Source: a virus
Direction: 5' to 3' (one strand)
Length of the DNA: 64,000 nucleotides
IMG/VR virus record: IMGVR_UViG_3300046804_005146
Coordinates: 17,509 to 81,508 of that record
Shown: in pieces, positions 28,044 to 38,372 of the stretch
How positions within the stretch are numbered: position 1 is the first letter of the stretch
Layout: every line of letters begins with the position of its first letter
Position numbers and translations under genes: made by a program
The notes under the pieces: model-generated
Told to the model about the DNA's origin: nothing
Database searches by the model: none
What the model saw: the letters and a program-made list of their open reading frames with translations, nothing else

Positions 28044-30605
28044 ATGAGTTACCGTAATATTTACTATAATGGTAAAGAGCATGAGATTGTACTGTTTACT
28101 TGGGATAAAGACGGTAAAAGAGTACAACTAAAAGTCACCCATGACCCGTACATTTATCTAGAAAATGTAAAAGGTGAAGCTGAATCTATTTACGGTACAA
28201 AGCTAACTAAAAAGATATTTAGAAATCAGTATGAACGTTATAAATTTCTGAAAGAATCAGAGATCAAACGCGTATTTGAAAACTTAAACATAACACAACA
28301 ATATCTTGTAGATACATTCTGGCAAAATAACGAAACACCTGAATTTAGCAAACATCCTATCAAGATATTATTTTTAGACATTGAGGTCCACGCACCAGAT
28401 GAGTTTCCAAAACCAACTGAAGCAAAGCAACCGGTAAACGTTATTACTGTTTACGATAATATAACTAACAAATACCATACATGGGGTTGTGGTAAATATA
28501 CACCAGAAGAAAATGACGTTGTTTACTATAACTGCAAGACAGAAAAGGAAATTTTAATCAAGTTTTTAGAGTATCTTGAGAAAGATTATCCTGACGTTCT
28601 ATCAGGCTGGAACTCAGAGTTTTTCGATATACCTTATTTAATTAACAGAATAACAAATCTTTTAGGTGAAGAGTATGCAAGAAGATTGTCACCTGTAAAT
28701 TCAATTTACTACAGAACAATACCCAATCAATTTGGACAAGAAACAATTCGTTGGCATATTGACGGAGTATCTCTTATCGATTATCTCGATGTTTACAAAA
28801 GATTCTGTTTAGGTGAAAGAGAAAGCTATAAACTGAATAGTATAGCAGAAGCTGAATTGGGTGAGAAAAAGATAGATTTCGGTGTAATGAATCTAGCAAC
28901 GTTAGCAGATAACGATTGGCAAACATTTGTAAAGTATAATATTCAGGACGTTAGACTAGTATCAAAGCTAGAAAACAAACTGAAATATCTAGAACTTATT
29001 CGTATGTTAGCATACGTTGGGTTAACTTCATTTGAAGGGGCAATGGGTACGTTATCTGTAATTAACGGAGCTACTGCTATTAGAGCTCGTTATAGAGGTC
29101 AAAAAATACCAACATTCATACGTAATGAAGATGATGGTAAGAAAAATCCTGGAGCATATGTAGGTGAGCCATTGAGTGGGTTTCAACAATACATCGTATC
29201 TTTTGATGCTAATTCTCTATACCCTAACGTGATGATTAGCTTGAATATATCACCAGAGACAAAAGTAGGTGGTATAACTCATAGAGAAAATGGTAAAGTT
29301 TTTATTAAAACTACTAACGGTAAAGTGCATGAATTGACCGAGGATAATTTTCAGCTTTTTGTACAACAGAAAAAGATTGCAATTAGTAAAGCAAATATTT
29401 TGTTTACTCAGGTTAAAAAAGGTATAATGCCAGAGATTCTTGATTACTATTACAATCAAAGACAAGAGATCAAAAAAGATCTAAAGAAGTATAAGAAGCA
29501 ATATGCAGAGAAATCCGATAAAAACGTGAAGATGAAAATAGATCAGTTAGACGCAAAACAGCTATGTATCAAAGTTTTCATCAATTCAATTTACGGTTAT
29601 TTCGGTAATAAAAATGCATCTTTTGGTGATGATGATATTGCATCCTCAATTACTTTAACCGGTCAAGCAGTTATTAAACAGTCAAACGAGTTACTTAAAG
29701 AGTTTTTAAAACAAAAAACTAACATTGCAGATGAAGTTATTCTAAATAAAAACATCATTTACAATGACACTGATTCTAGTTACGTTTCTATTAAACCTCT
29801 TATTGAAAACAATATTGTAACTTTTAATGATGGAAAAAAACTAACTGAAGAAACATACAACGTGGTTCAAGAAATTGAAGATTATCTAAACAAGAAAATT
29901 AAAATTTGGGGTAGTAAAGAATTAAATTCCAATGACTGTAGATTTAATTTTAAGAGAGAAGCTATAGCGGATGTCGGTATTTTTCTACAGAAGAAACGTT
30001 ACGTTATGCATGTAATGGATGATGAAGGCATACCTTGTGATAAATTTAAATACACAGGGGTAGAAGTGGTGCGTAGTACCATGCCTAGCGCAATTAAACC
30101 ACATGTAAAGCGTATTATAGAAACGATGTTAATGTCTAGAAACGTTAATGATACAAATAAAGTGGTTAATGAAATATATGATATTTTTAAGAATCTACCG
30201 GTAGAAGATATTACGTTTGTTAGTAACATTAATGGATATGAGGAGTATGCTTCTAAATGTGATGAGTTTAAAACATGTAAAGGTATGCCTGCACATGTAA
30301 AAGCAGCATACTACTATAACTTACTTTTAGATAGGTTTGGTGTAAGCAACAAATATGAAAAAATCGGTTCAGGTGACAAAGTAAGACATTTTTACGTTAA
30401 GCAGCCTAATAGTTACAAGATAAATGGTATAGCATACAAATACTATTACCCAGAAGAATTTAAAAGTAAATTCGAACCAGATTACAATCTCATGTTTGAG
30501 AAACATATCTTTTCTGTGGTAGATAGATTTTATAAAAACGTCAATTGGACAGCTCAAAAACCTGGCAGTCAAGTACAGACAGATTTGTTCAGCTTATTAT
30601 CTTGA
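28044..30605 (+). CDS. 43: Family B DNA polymerase gp43
   Basis: DIE, GWNSEFFDIPY, YNIQDV, DANSLYP, KVFINSIYG, YNDTDS, KKRY. Confidence 0.96.
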   Translation: MSYRNIYYNGKEHEIVLFTWDKDGKRVQLKVTHDPYIYLENVKGEAESIYGTKLTKKIFRNQYERYKFLKESEIKRVFENLNITQQYLVDTFWQNNETPEFSKHPIKILFLDIEVHAPDEFPKPTEAKQPVNVITVYDNITNKYHTWGCGKYTPEENDVVYYNCKTEKEILIKFLEYLEKDYPDVLSGWNSEFFDIPYLINRITNLLGEEYARRLSPVNSIYYRTIPNQFGQETIRWHIDGVSLIDYLDVYKRFCLGERESYKLNSIAEAELGEKKIDFGVMNLATLADNDWQTFVKYNIQDVRLVSKLENKLKYLELIRMLAYVGLTSFEGAMGTLSVINGATAIRARYRGQKIPTFIRNEDDGKKNPGAYVGEPLSGFQQYIVSFDANSLYPNVMISLNISPETKVGGITHRENGKVFIKTTNGKVHELTEDNFQLFVQQKKIAISKANILFTQVKKGIMPEILDYYYNQRQEIKKDLKKYKKQYAEKSDKNVKMKIDQLDAKQLCIKVFINSIYGYFGNKNASFGDDDIASSITLTGQAVIKQSNELLKEFLKQKTNIADEVILNKNIIYNDTDSSYVSIKPLIENNIVTFNDGKKLTEETYNVVQEIEDYLNKKIKIWGSKELNSNDCRFNFKREAIADVGIFLQKKRYVMHVMDDEGIPCDKFKYTGVEVVRSTMPSAIKPHVKRIIETMLMSRNVNDTNKVVNEIYDIFKNLPVEDITFVSNINGYEEYASKCDEFKTCKGMPAHVKAAYYYNLLLDRFGVSNKYEKIGSGDKVRHFYVKQPNSYKINGIAYKYYYPEEFKSKFEPDYNLMFEKHIFSVVDRFYKNVNWTAQKPGSQVQTDLFSLLS

Positions 30606-30634
30606 TTTTTAATACATCTTAAATATTATAAGAT

Positions 30635-30982
30635 ATGTCATATATTACTTTTATTGATAACACCGGTCGCAATATTATCGGTCAATTAAGTTCTGAAACT
30701 CCTAACACCATTACAGTTAAGAATCCGGTAATGGTTTTAGTTCAACCACAGCAAAATGGTCAACTATCAGTTCAATTGATTCCACTATTTTTGAATGAAT
30801 TTGTAAAAGCTGTAAATAATAGTAGAGAATTTAGCTTTACTTTTACTAAGTCATCTATTGCAATTGGTACAGATTTTTCTATTGATGATAGAATTCTTTC
30901 TCAATACGAAAAGCTTTTAAACTCAACTGCTAGAAAGCAAGAAGAAAAGGGACCAGAAGTTATTAAACTCTTTGATGAATAA
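30635..30982 (+). CDS. Hypothetical protein (small beta-barrel-like)
   Basis: 115-aa ORF with TTGATT-16-TATTAT promoter. Confidence 0.55.
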   Translation: MSYITFIDNTGRNIIGQLSSETPNTITVKNPVMVLVQPQQNGQLSVQLIPLFLNEFVKAVNNSREFSFTFTKSSIAIGTDFSIDDRILSQYEKLLNSTARKQEEKGPEVIKLFDE

Positions 30983-31016
30983 TTAAAAAAGAGCTGTAAT
31001 TTGAATAAATAATTGT

Positions 31017-31253
31017 ATGAGCTTACCAGTAAAATTAAACACAACAAAAGAATTAGTAGTTCGTCCAGCAGAAACAATTACTACCGATACATTAGTAATT
31101 GAAAGAATTGTTGACATTCCAGAAGAAAAATCAGTATTCGTATTTATCAGAGGTTTAGGCAGAGTTAAAGTCGCTGCCTTGAGTGATGCTAAATATGATG
31201 CCCCTCAATGGACCAATGAATCATTAGCTGCTGCAGTAGCTGCTCAATTCTAA
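31017..31253 (+). CDS. Hypothetical late protein
   Basis: TAAATA 5 nt upstream and terminator downstream. Confidence 0.55.
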   Translation: MSLPVKLNTTKELVVRPAETITTDTLVIERIVDIPEEKSVFVFIRGLGRVKVAALSDAKYDAPQWTNESLAAAVAAQF

Positions 31254-31270
31254 TAAAACCATAATTATTT

Positions 31271-31298
31271 AAACCGCCTCGAAAGAGGCGGTTTTTTT
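31271..31298 (+). terminator. Rho-independent terminator
   Basis: ACCGCCTC-GAAA-GAGGCGGT followed by a T run. Confidence 0.85.
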
Positions 31299-31334
31299 GT
31301 GGTTGAATACCTGGAAATACAGTTTAATTATAGT

Positions 31335-31592
31335 ATGAACAAAAAACTATTAGCAGAAGAATTTAAGAGAGGTCAAACGGATGGGTTAGTAGGAACTGCA
31401 ATTGTAATGACCAAAATTATTAATGGTACTGATAAAGGTAACGGGGTTCTAGCTAATAAAGAGTTAGAAAAAATTCGTAGAGTATTTTTATCTTGGAGAG
31501 ATGTTATGATTGAAAACATGGATAAAAATAATGCAGTATCCAAGAGATTGACAGAAACACTTATCAATACTAAAAAGATAATGGATTCTTAA
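31335..31592 (+). CDS. Hypothetical protein
   Basis: ORF with likely start ATG 31335. Confidence 0.5.
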   Translation: MNKKLLAEEFKRGQTDGLVGTAIVMTKIINGTDKGNGVLANKELEKIRRVFLSWRDVMIENMDKNNAVSKRLTETLINTKKIMDS

Positions 31593-31615
31593 TTTCTGTA
31601 CGCTATAATTAGCGT

Positions 31616-32713
31616 ATGGAAAAAGACATTGACGAAATTTTAGGTGAAATAGATAAGATTAATCCGTATGCTTCCTATCTTAATGAAGGAGCATTATCTA
31701 ATGTAGATGGTTGGATTGACACAGGGTCAATGGTCTTGAACGGATTAGTTTCTGGTTCCCTCTTCGGAGGTGTACCTAAGAGTAGACTTACAATGTTTGC
31801 AGGGCCGTCTATGACTGGTAAGTCTTATATTGTTCAAAAAATTCTAGCAGCAGCTCAAAAAGACGGTTTAGTTCCTGTTATCTTTGATAGTGAAAATGCA
31901 ATTGATAAAGACGGAGCTGCTGCTCTTGGTTTAGATACTAGTAGAGTAAAATATGTTCCTACTTTTAGTATTGAAGAGTGTAGAAACACCATTTACAACT
32001 TTTTAACTAAAGCTAAAGAGAAGGGACAAACAGGTAAATTCATTATTGCAATTGATTCACTAGGTAATATGGAGAGTGAATTGCAGATCAACAGAATGGA
32101 AAAGCAGAGTACCAGTGCAGATATGGGCAGTAGAGCTAAAGCAGTTAAGTCTTTACTTAGAACTTGCACTCAGTTAGCTGCTATTACCAAGACTACTATA
32201 CTTTGCACTAATCATATCTACGAAGATCCTAGTGCAATGTTCCCGTCATTAGTAAAAGAGATGCCAGGTGGTAGAGCTGCAGTGTATTTACCATCTGTAA
32301 CAGTACAACTTGCAAGAAAGCCAATGAAAGAAGACAATCATATTGATTCTAAACTTGCAGTTGGTCAAAAAAGTTACCCCGGTGTTATTTTACGTGCATT
32401 AACTGCTAAGAATCGGTTTGTTAAACAGTATCTAGAAGGTGAGATGTATCTAAGTTTTGAAAGTGGTTTAGCTAAGTACTACGGTCTTCTAGAACTTGCA
32501 GTTGGGTTTGGTGTGTTGCAACAGTCTGGTAGTACATATACCAAAGCTGACGGTGAAAAGATCGGTCAATACGGTAGATGGAAAGATGATACTGAAATCT
32601 GGGACAAGTATATTGTACCTGGTATTGAAGATAAGATTAAAGTAGAGTGGAAATATGGTCAAAACAATAGTCAGAGAGACGAAGTGCCTGATGAGGTGGA
32701 AGAAAATGAATAA
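31616..32713 (+). CDS. uvsX: RecA-like recombinase
   Basis: DTGS, GPSMTGKS, FDSE, IDSLGN, DMGSRAK, TNH. Confidence 0.92.
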   Translation: MEKDIDEILGEIDKINPYASYLNEGALSNVDGWIDTGSMVLNGLVSGSLFGGVPKSRLTMFAGPSMTGKSYIVQKILAAAQKDGLVPVIFDSENAIDKDGAAALGLDTSRVKYVPTFSIEECRNTIYNFLTKAKEKGQTGKFIIAIDSLGNMESELQINRMEKQSTSADMGSRAKAVKSLLRTCTQLAAITKTTILCTNHIYEDPSAMFPSLVKEMPGGRAAVYLPSVTVQLARKPMKEDNHIDSKLAVGQKSYPGVILRALTAKNRFVKQYLEGEMYLSFESGLAKYYGLLELAVGFGVLQQSGSTYTKADGEKIGQYGRWKDDTEIWDKYIVPGIEDKIKVEWKYGQNNSQRDEVPDEVEENE

Positions 32714-33473
32714 TATATTGAACGAAACAAAAAAGTTAGTATTATCTTTTAGCGGTGGTATGGATTCAACTGTACTACTTTATATGGCAGCTAATATGGG
32801 TTATAATGACATTTATACCTTATCGTTTAATTACGGTCAAAGGCACCATAAAGAGCTTAAATGCATGAAGAAACAACTTAAGACTATTACTAAAAAGTAC
32901 CCTGATGTTAAAGTGAGTAATAAAATTGTAGATGTTTCGTATATTAAGGATATTGCTATTAATTCATCATTAACTAACCATGCATTAGCTAATCCAAACG
33001 TCAAAGAAATGGCAGGAGATGCTCAACCAGTATCATATGTGCCATTTAGAAATATGATGTTTTTATCTATTGCATGCTCTTATGCAGAATCAGTAGGATG
33101 TGATGATGTATGGTATGGAGCTGCTCAAGCAGATTCTTTAGCAGGTTATTGGGACGGTAGTCAAGAGTTTATAGCTTCTGTAAATGAAACTATTTCTCTT
33201 AATAGAAAAAGTAAGATTAAAATATCTGCACCTCTTTTAGTAATGTCGAAAAAGAGAATAGTAGAAGAAGGTATTAAATTAGGTGTTAACTTTGAAGACA
33301 CTTGGACATGCTATTCAAACAGAGATGATGGATTAGCAGATGCTGATACACCGTCAAGTAGTTTAAGATTACGTGGTTTTATAGAAGCAGGTTATCGTGA
33401 CCCTATTCAATACGTTCAACAAAAGAAGTTAAACGAGATTTATAAGCAAAAAGATTGTAAATCAATAACCTAA
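32706..33473 (+). CDS. queC: 7-cyano-7-deazaguanine synthase-like protein lacking three zinc-binding Cys
   Basis: SFSGGMDS, YGQRH, YVPFRNMMFLSIA, GYWD, TWTCY followed by DADTPSS instead of CGxCxxC. Confidence 0.85.
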   Translation: MNNILNETKKLVLSFSGGMDSTVLLYMAANMGYNDIYTLSFNYGQRHHKELKCMKKQLKTITKKYPDVKVSNKIVDVSYIKDIAINSSLTNHALANPNVKEMAGDAQPVSYVPFRNMMFLSIACSYAESVGCDDVWYGAAQADSLAGYWDGSQEFIASVNETISLNRKSKIKISAPLLVMSKKRIVEEGIKLGVNFEDTWTCYSNRDDGLADADTPSSSLRLRGFIEAGYRDPIQYVQQKKLNEIYKQKDCKSIT

Positions 33474-34820
33474 ACCGTATTTACGATCTACACGGTGGTT
33501 ATTCTGTTGTTTACGTCTAAAAGCTTCTACCATTTGTTTGTTTATTTGTTCGTTAGATAGCTTTATGACAACCTCAACAGGTTTATTTTGAGTTTGTGGT
33601 TTAACTTTTTGCATACATTTAGAACATTTGCAACCATGTACACATGGTATTTCTTCTTCATCTTCTGAATCCCAATCAGAAGACCCGCCACTGACTCTGT
33701 AACGTCTATCATTATCATCATCTTTAAAGAAGTCATCACTATCTTCTAGATCTTCAGTCTCTGGTTCTGGTGGTAATTCTTCGATATCACCTGGTTCTTC
33801 AGGGATTTTAGAATAATCTGGTTCAGTAGAAAATACTTTTGGTGGGGTTTCTCCCTTTTTAGGTTCTTTTGTTATATCATAAACAAAGATTTCACCAACA
33901 TTTTCTGGCTTTATTTGATCAATAGTAATATCACCACTACCAACCCCCTTTAGGTTAATTCTGTACTGATAATTACCTACTTCAGCTTCAAATATATTAA
34001 AACCACTTACGCCTCTCATTAAAAACTTTATTTCATCATCTGGTTGCAGATTTTTCTTCAATGTATCGTAAGCGTCTGTACCAGGTGTAAACTTTGTAGG
34101 TTCCTTTTCAGTAGCTACATCTATCACTTCTTCTCTTGTAGATAAATCTCTTTTACCAGTTTCTGGATTTATAGGTTTATTTTTAGCTGGAGTAAGCTCT
34201 CTTAAAGCAGCAGCAGTATTTAAAAATACTACCAATCTACTATCATCATACCCTTCTTCTTTTTCTTCGATATAATTATTAAACTCTTTATGAATATCTT
34301 CTAAAAATTTAGAAGGATCTTTTTGAGATACAATCATCTTATCAAACAAATGATTTACATCTGTACCAAACATTTTTCTGGTAAAGATTAACTTTGCACT
34401 TTCTATATCATCTAAATTTAAATCCTTTATTTTTAAATTCTTTTGATCATTCCCTTTAAGTTTAAATTCATATCTATTACTACCAAAACGAACAAAATAA
34501 ACAGTATCACCATCTTCATCTACATCTCTAACTAGCCTTTTTTCAGGCTTTTCCATAGAAACTACATCAGTTAAAGCTTCTTCTGGTGAAATGTCTCTTT
34601 CCGTCTTATAATCATTTGGTAAGTCTTCTATATGTTTGTCTTGAAGAAACTGGTAAAATAATAGTCTAGCATCTCTATAAGGAGTACCAATATTGAGCTT
34701 CTTCATCTTGCTCATTGCATTTTTTAATATAGGAGCAGTATTTTCATTTAAAATGGTATATGCAGATTCATTCAAAACAGCAGTTTTTTGAACCCAGCTA
34801 CAACTAAATAGACTATTCAT
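33462..34820 (-). CDS. Acidic late protein with internal domain duplication
   Basis: TAAATA 7 nt upstream; VLNE and ILNE sites; two similar segments (RYEFKLKG and QYRINLKG); C-terminal Cys cluster. Confidence 0.6.
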   Translation of the reverse strand: MNSLFSCSWVQKTAVLNESAYTILNENTAPILKNAMSKMKKLNIGTPYRDARLLFYQFLQDKHIEDLPNDYKTERDISPEEALTDVVSMEKPEKRLVRDVDEDGDTVYFVRFGSNRYEFKLKGNDQKNLKIKDLNLDDIESAKLIFTRKMFGTDVNHLFDKMIVSQKDPSKFLEDIHKEFNNYIEEKEEGYDDSRLVVFLNTAAALRELTPAKNKPINPETGKRDLSTREEVIDVATEKEPTKFTPGTDAYDTLKKNLQPDDEIKFLMRGVSGFNIFEAEVGNYQYRINLKGVGSGDITIDQIKPENVGEIFVYDITKEPKKGETPPKVFSTEPDYSKIPEEPGDIEELPPEPETEDLEDSDDFFKDDDNDRRYRVSGGSSDWDSEDEEEIPCVHGCKCSKCMQKVKPQTQNKPVEVVIKLSNEQINKQMVEAFRRKQQNNHRVDRKYGLGY

Positions 34821-34876
34821 ATGTTAATATTTAATGCTGATCTTGATTTAAATTAGAGGTTGTCTATAATTATGAT

Positions 34877-35539
34877 ATGTGTGGAATCTATGGTAGCACA
34901 AAGGTAAGTAAGTTTGAAATACTTGATCAAGCTAACAGACAGAGAGGTAATTTTGCATCAGGTATATATTACAGTGATGGTAAAAGCTATGATTTTCAGA
35001 AAACAGAAGGAAGCTTTAATTGGAACAAAATACCTTTAGAAGAAGGTCTAGTTTACTTAGGCCATAATCAAGCACCTACATCCACTGAACGTGTGTTTAA
35101 AGAGCATAACAGCCATCCTTTTGTTAGAGATAACTGGATTGTAGCTCATAACGGAGTGTTAACCAATTTTGAAGAACTTAAAAGAGACTATATACCAGAT
35201 CATGAAAATGTAGTTGATAGTAGTATAATTCCAGCATTACTACTAATGTTTGAACAAAAAGCAGATGATTGTACATCTCAAGAAAAAGAACAAAATGTTA
35301 TTAAAACAGTGTTAGAATTGTTAGAAGGTACGTTCGGTCTATGGATAGTTAATTTGAGGACTTTAAACATTTATATTACTAGACAAGGTAGTACACTATT
35401 CTATGATCATAATAGTTTTAGTTCAGTAAAAGGAACTGATTTTAAAGAAATCGAAGAAGGTAGTTTATATAGATTTAACAAAAAGGGTGTAACTAAAGTA
35501 GGTACCTTTAAATCTAAATCACCATTTTTAGAATTATGA
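34877..35539 (+). CDS. Stand-alone class II (Ntn) glutamine amidotransferase
   Basis: MCGI catalytic Cys2, GHNQAPT, HPF, HNGVLTN, VDS. Confidence 0.88.
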   Translation: MCGIYGSTKVSKFEILDQANRQRGNFASGIYYSDGKSYDFQKTEGSFNWNKIPLEEGLVYLGHNQAPTSTERVFKEHNSHPFVRDNWIVAHNGVLTNFEELKRDYIPDHENVVDSSIIPALLLMFEQKADDCTSQEKEQNVIKTVLELLEGTFGLWIVNLRTLNIYITRQGSTLFYDHNSFSSVKGTDFKEIEEGSLYRFNKKGVTKVGTFKSKSPFLEL

Positions 35540-36006
35540 CATACGAATATTGTTACGAACCATCTCAGTCAGATAAAATGAAGATGATGGAATTCATTTA
35601 CAAGAATACAGATTCTTTTATTTTGAATACATTCGGTTATCTGTGGGAGTCAAGAAACTGGTGGGAAACATTTCCAGTTCAATTAGTGAAAATTGATAGT
35701 GACATTATTTGTTTGCATGCCTATACTAAAAATAATAAAGCTCCTGGATTAATGAAAACTTACTACGTTGTAACTCATAAAGCTTTTAGAGGTCAAGGGT
35801 TAGCTAAAAAACTGACAATTCAATCTATAAGAGATAGCCAGTATGATTGTGAAAATTATTTTGTAAATTCAGAAGAAAATAGCCCCGGTGTAAGTTTTTA
35901 TAAAAAACTTTTCAACGACAATTACACGATGACTAAGAACGAATTTGGTACTTTAGATTACAATTTTCAAGCACCGATTAAGACATTATTATTAGAACAC
36001 GCATGA
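35536..36006 (+). CDS. GNAT acetyltransferase
   Basis: VVTHKAFRGQGLAKKL acetyl-CoA motif A and SFYKK. Confidence 0.78.
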   Translation: MTYEYCYEPSQSDKMKMMEFIYKNTDSFILNTFGYLWESRNWWETFPVQLVKIDSDIICLHAYTKNNKAPGLMKTYYVVTHKAFRGQGLAKKLTIQSIRDSQYDCENYFVNSEENSPGVSFYKKLFNDNYTMTKNEFGTLDYNFQAPIKTLLLEHA

Positions 36007-36683
36007 ATAAGCTAATCATTTACACAGTATCAGCTAAACCTAACGATAAAATAGGTAAAACCCCTATTGCTAAATCACTAGATGACCATTATTTTGATTT
36101 CAAAGCTAATAATACAGAATCACTGTCAAAAGTATATAATAAAGCCATAGAACATTACTCTCAAAAAGATTACACATATCTAGTTTTAGTCCATGATGAT
36201 GTTTATATTAATTGTAAAGATTTTTATCAAAGAGTAGAAAAATATCTAAACACATACACTGTATTTGGATTAGCGGGAAATACAGAAGCAACCATAACAG
36301 AGCCAACTTTATGGCATTTAATGGGTGGTAGACATGAACTAGTTGGTTGTGTTGCTCACGGTACCCCGGAAAAATATTATTACACTTCTTTCGGACCATT
36401 ACCAAAAAGAGCATTAATGATTGACGGTGTAATGATTGGTATTAATCTTAAAAAATTACCAAAGCAAGTTAGATTTGATGAGAATTGCCCAGCAAGATTT
36501 CATTTTTATGATTTAATTTTCTCAATGGAATGCGCTCTTAACAAAGTGCCAGTTGGAGTAGTGGATGTACCTATCATTCATGAATCACCTGGCTTGAGAG
36601 AGTATACAGATGAATGGAAAAAAGGTCAGGAATACTTTTTAACCAAGTATAATAAATTTAAAGGCAAGACTTTAAGACTTTGA
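36003..36683 (+). CDS. GT2-like glycosyltransferase
   Basis: YNKAI, LVHDDV, IDGV, RFDE, FHFYD, HESPG. Confidence 0.75.
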   Translation: MNKLIIYTVSAKPNDKIGKTPIAKSLDDHYFDFKANNTESLSKVYNKAIEHYSQKDYTYLVLVHDDVYINCKDFYQRVEKYLNTYTVFGLAGNTEATITEPTLWHLMGGRHELVGCVAHGTPEKYYYTSFGPLPKRALMIDGVMIGINLKKLPKQVRFDENCPARFHFYDLIFSMECALNKVPVGVVDVPIIHESPGLREYTDEWKKGQEYFLTKYNKFKGKTLRL

Positions 36684-36711
36684 TTGTCTAATATTGTATC
36701 TATAATAAAGT

Positions 36712-38040
36712 ATGGATTTGAAACTGAATCTAGATGAGTATGAAAATGTGATTGTATATAAATCACTTACAGATGATAGATATTTGGCTACTATTATAGG
36801 TCATATTAATCCTTCTTACTTTAAAGACAAAAATATTAAGCATATCTTTGAAATTATTAAGTCATTTTACTTAAAACGCAATGCAGTACCTACTATAACT
36901 GAACTAAAATCATATATCAATAGTGGTGAACTTAAAGAAGCTTTTAAAGTAGTTATACGTAATTTTTCTAATATAGATAAAAACTTAAATCCAGAAGAAT
37001 TAATTGAAAATACAGAGAGATACTTAAAAGAAAGAGCTATTTACCATACAATGTTGGATATTGCTGAAGATGTTGGAAATGGTAAAATAGATACAGGGTT
37101 TATTTTAGATAAATTTGAAAAAAGTTGCAATGTCAATTTAAAGACTGATGTTGGCTTAGATTTGTTTAAAAACTTTGATAAAGTTGTAGATGACTTAAAC
37201 GTTGCTCAACCTGTAATATCTAGTGGGTGGGGTTGGTTAGATGAAAAACTAGATGGAGGTTTTCTTCAAAATGGTAGAGCAATTTATATTTTTGCAGGTG
37301 AGACTAACGTTGGTAAGAGTATCTTTCTTGGAAACATAGCTAGTAATATTGCATTGCAAGGTAAAACAGTACTACTCATATCACTAGAAATGAGTGAGTT
37401 AATTTACGCAAGAAGACTATCATCTAACATTACGAAGATACCTATCAGAGAGTTGAAGTCAGAGGTAACTACCTTGAAGCAGCAAATAGACGAGGTTAGT
37501 CAAGAAAATCCTAATTGCAAAATTCTTATTAAAGAGTTTCCTCCAAGTACAGTTACTTCAAATCAAATTAAATCTTTTATAACTGGTATTTTAACTAAAG
37601 GTGTAAAAATTGATGCTGTTGTGTTGGATTACGTCAATCTACTTAAAGGTAACTCAGGGGTCAATAGTTACGAGAGAATTAAAGAAGTTACCGAACAAGT
37701 TAGAGCTTTAAGTTATGTTTTTAATTGCCCGTTTATTACAGCAACTCAATTGAATAGATCTGGGTATGATGTCAATAACCCAGGTCTTGAAACAATCGGT
37801 GAAAGTATAGGGTTAGCAGCTACTGCTGATGTTATTATTAGTATCTTTCAAGATGATGAAGACAAGGAGCTCGGGGTAGTCAAGATTGGTATGATGAAAA
37901 ATCGTTTCGGTGCTAATTTTGGAACTGTTTCAATGAAAATAGATTATAGTACATTGACTATTACAGAAGATGAAAGTCTTAATCAAGATGGAGATATGGA
38001 CGATTTGAATAGTACTCTTCAAAAATTGAGTAAAAGTTGA
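36712..38040 (+). CDS. 41: Replicative DnaB-like helicase gp41
   Basis: GETNVGKS, SLEMSE, LDYVNL, TATQLNR, KNRFG. Confidence 0.93.
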   Translation: MDLKLNLDEYENVIVYKSLTDDRYLATIIGHINPSYFKDKNIKHIFEIIKSFYLKRNAVPTITELKSYINSGELKEAFKVVIRNFSNIDKNLNPEELIENTERYLKERAIYHTMLDIAEDVGNGKIDTGFILDKFEKSCNVNLKTDVGLDLFKNFDKVVDDLNVAQPVISSGWGWLDEKLDGGFLQNGRAIYIFAGETNVGKSIFLGNIASNIALQGKTVLLISLEMSELIYARRLSSNITKIPIRELKSEVTTLKQQIDEVSQENPNCKILIKEFPPSTVTSNQIKSFITGILTKGVKIDAVVLDYVNLLKGNSGVNSYERIKEVTEQVRALSYVFNCPFITATQLNRSGYDVNNPGLETIGESIGLAATADVIISIFQDDEDKELGVVKIGMMKNRFGANFGTVSMKIDYSTLTITEDESLNQDGDMDDLNSTLQKLSKS

Positions 38041-38075
38041 ATATGTGGGAGCTTAACTAAATAGTTAAAGCTCAT

Positions 38076-38372
38076 ATGTCAAGAGAACAAGATTTAATGC
38101 GAATGCCGCATGCTTTTATTGAAGATGAAGAGCTATCCCATGCATTTTATTCTTTTTGCACATTTTGTTACTTGTATTACGGTAAAAAGATAAATTTTGC
38201 TACTATCTTTACAAAGATATTACAAGAAGAAAAACTAAAAACTCTATATAAAATGTCAATTGCTGAGCCTAGCGATTTTGAAGCATTGAAAATTTTTATA
38301 ATGTTTGAGCCTTCAATTACTAAAAGCAAATACATTACAAAAATAATTAATAAAGGTCAGATTTTTAAGTAA
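38076..38372 (+). CDS. Hypothetical protein
   Basis: 98-aa ORF in the replication cluster. Confidence 0.5.
   Translation: MSREQDLMRMPHAFIEDEELSHAFYSFCTFCYLYYGKKINFATIFTKILQEEKLKTLYKMSIAEPSDFEALKIFIMFEPSITKSKYITKIINKGQIFK

Noticed and set aside
32706-35539. QatABCD or type IV CBASS defence locus
   Set aside because: No KAP ATPase, TatD, CD-NTase or TGT neighbours; context is phage replication with folE, queD and queE
10373-36683. dpdA/tgt or queF gene completing the pathway
   Set aside because: No ORF with TGT-barrel or QueF motifs recognised; the DSG at 16460..16873 belongs to a retropepsin fold. They may lie outside the window
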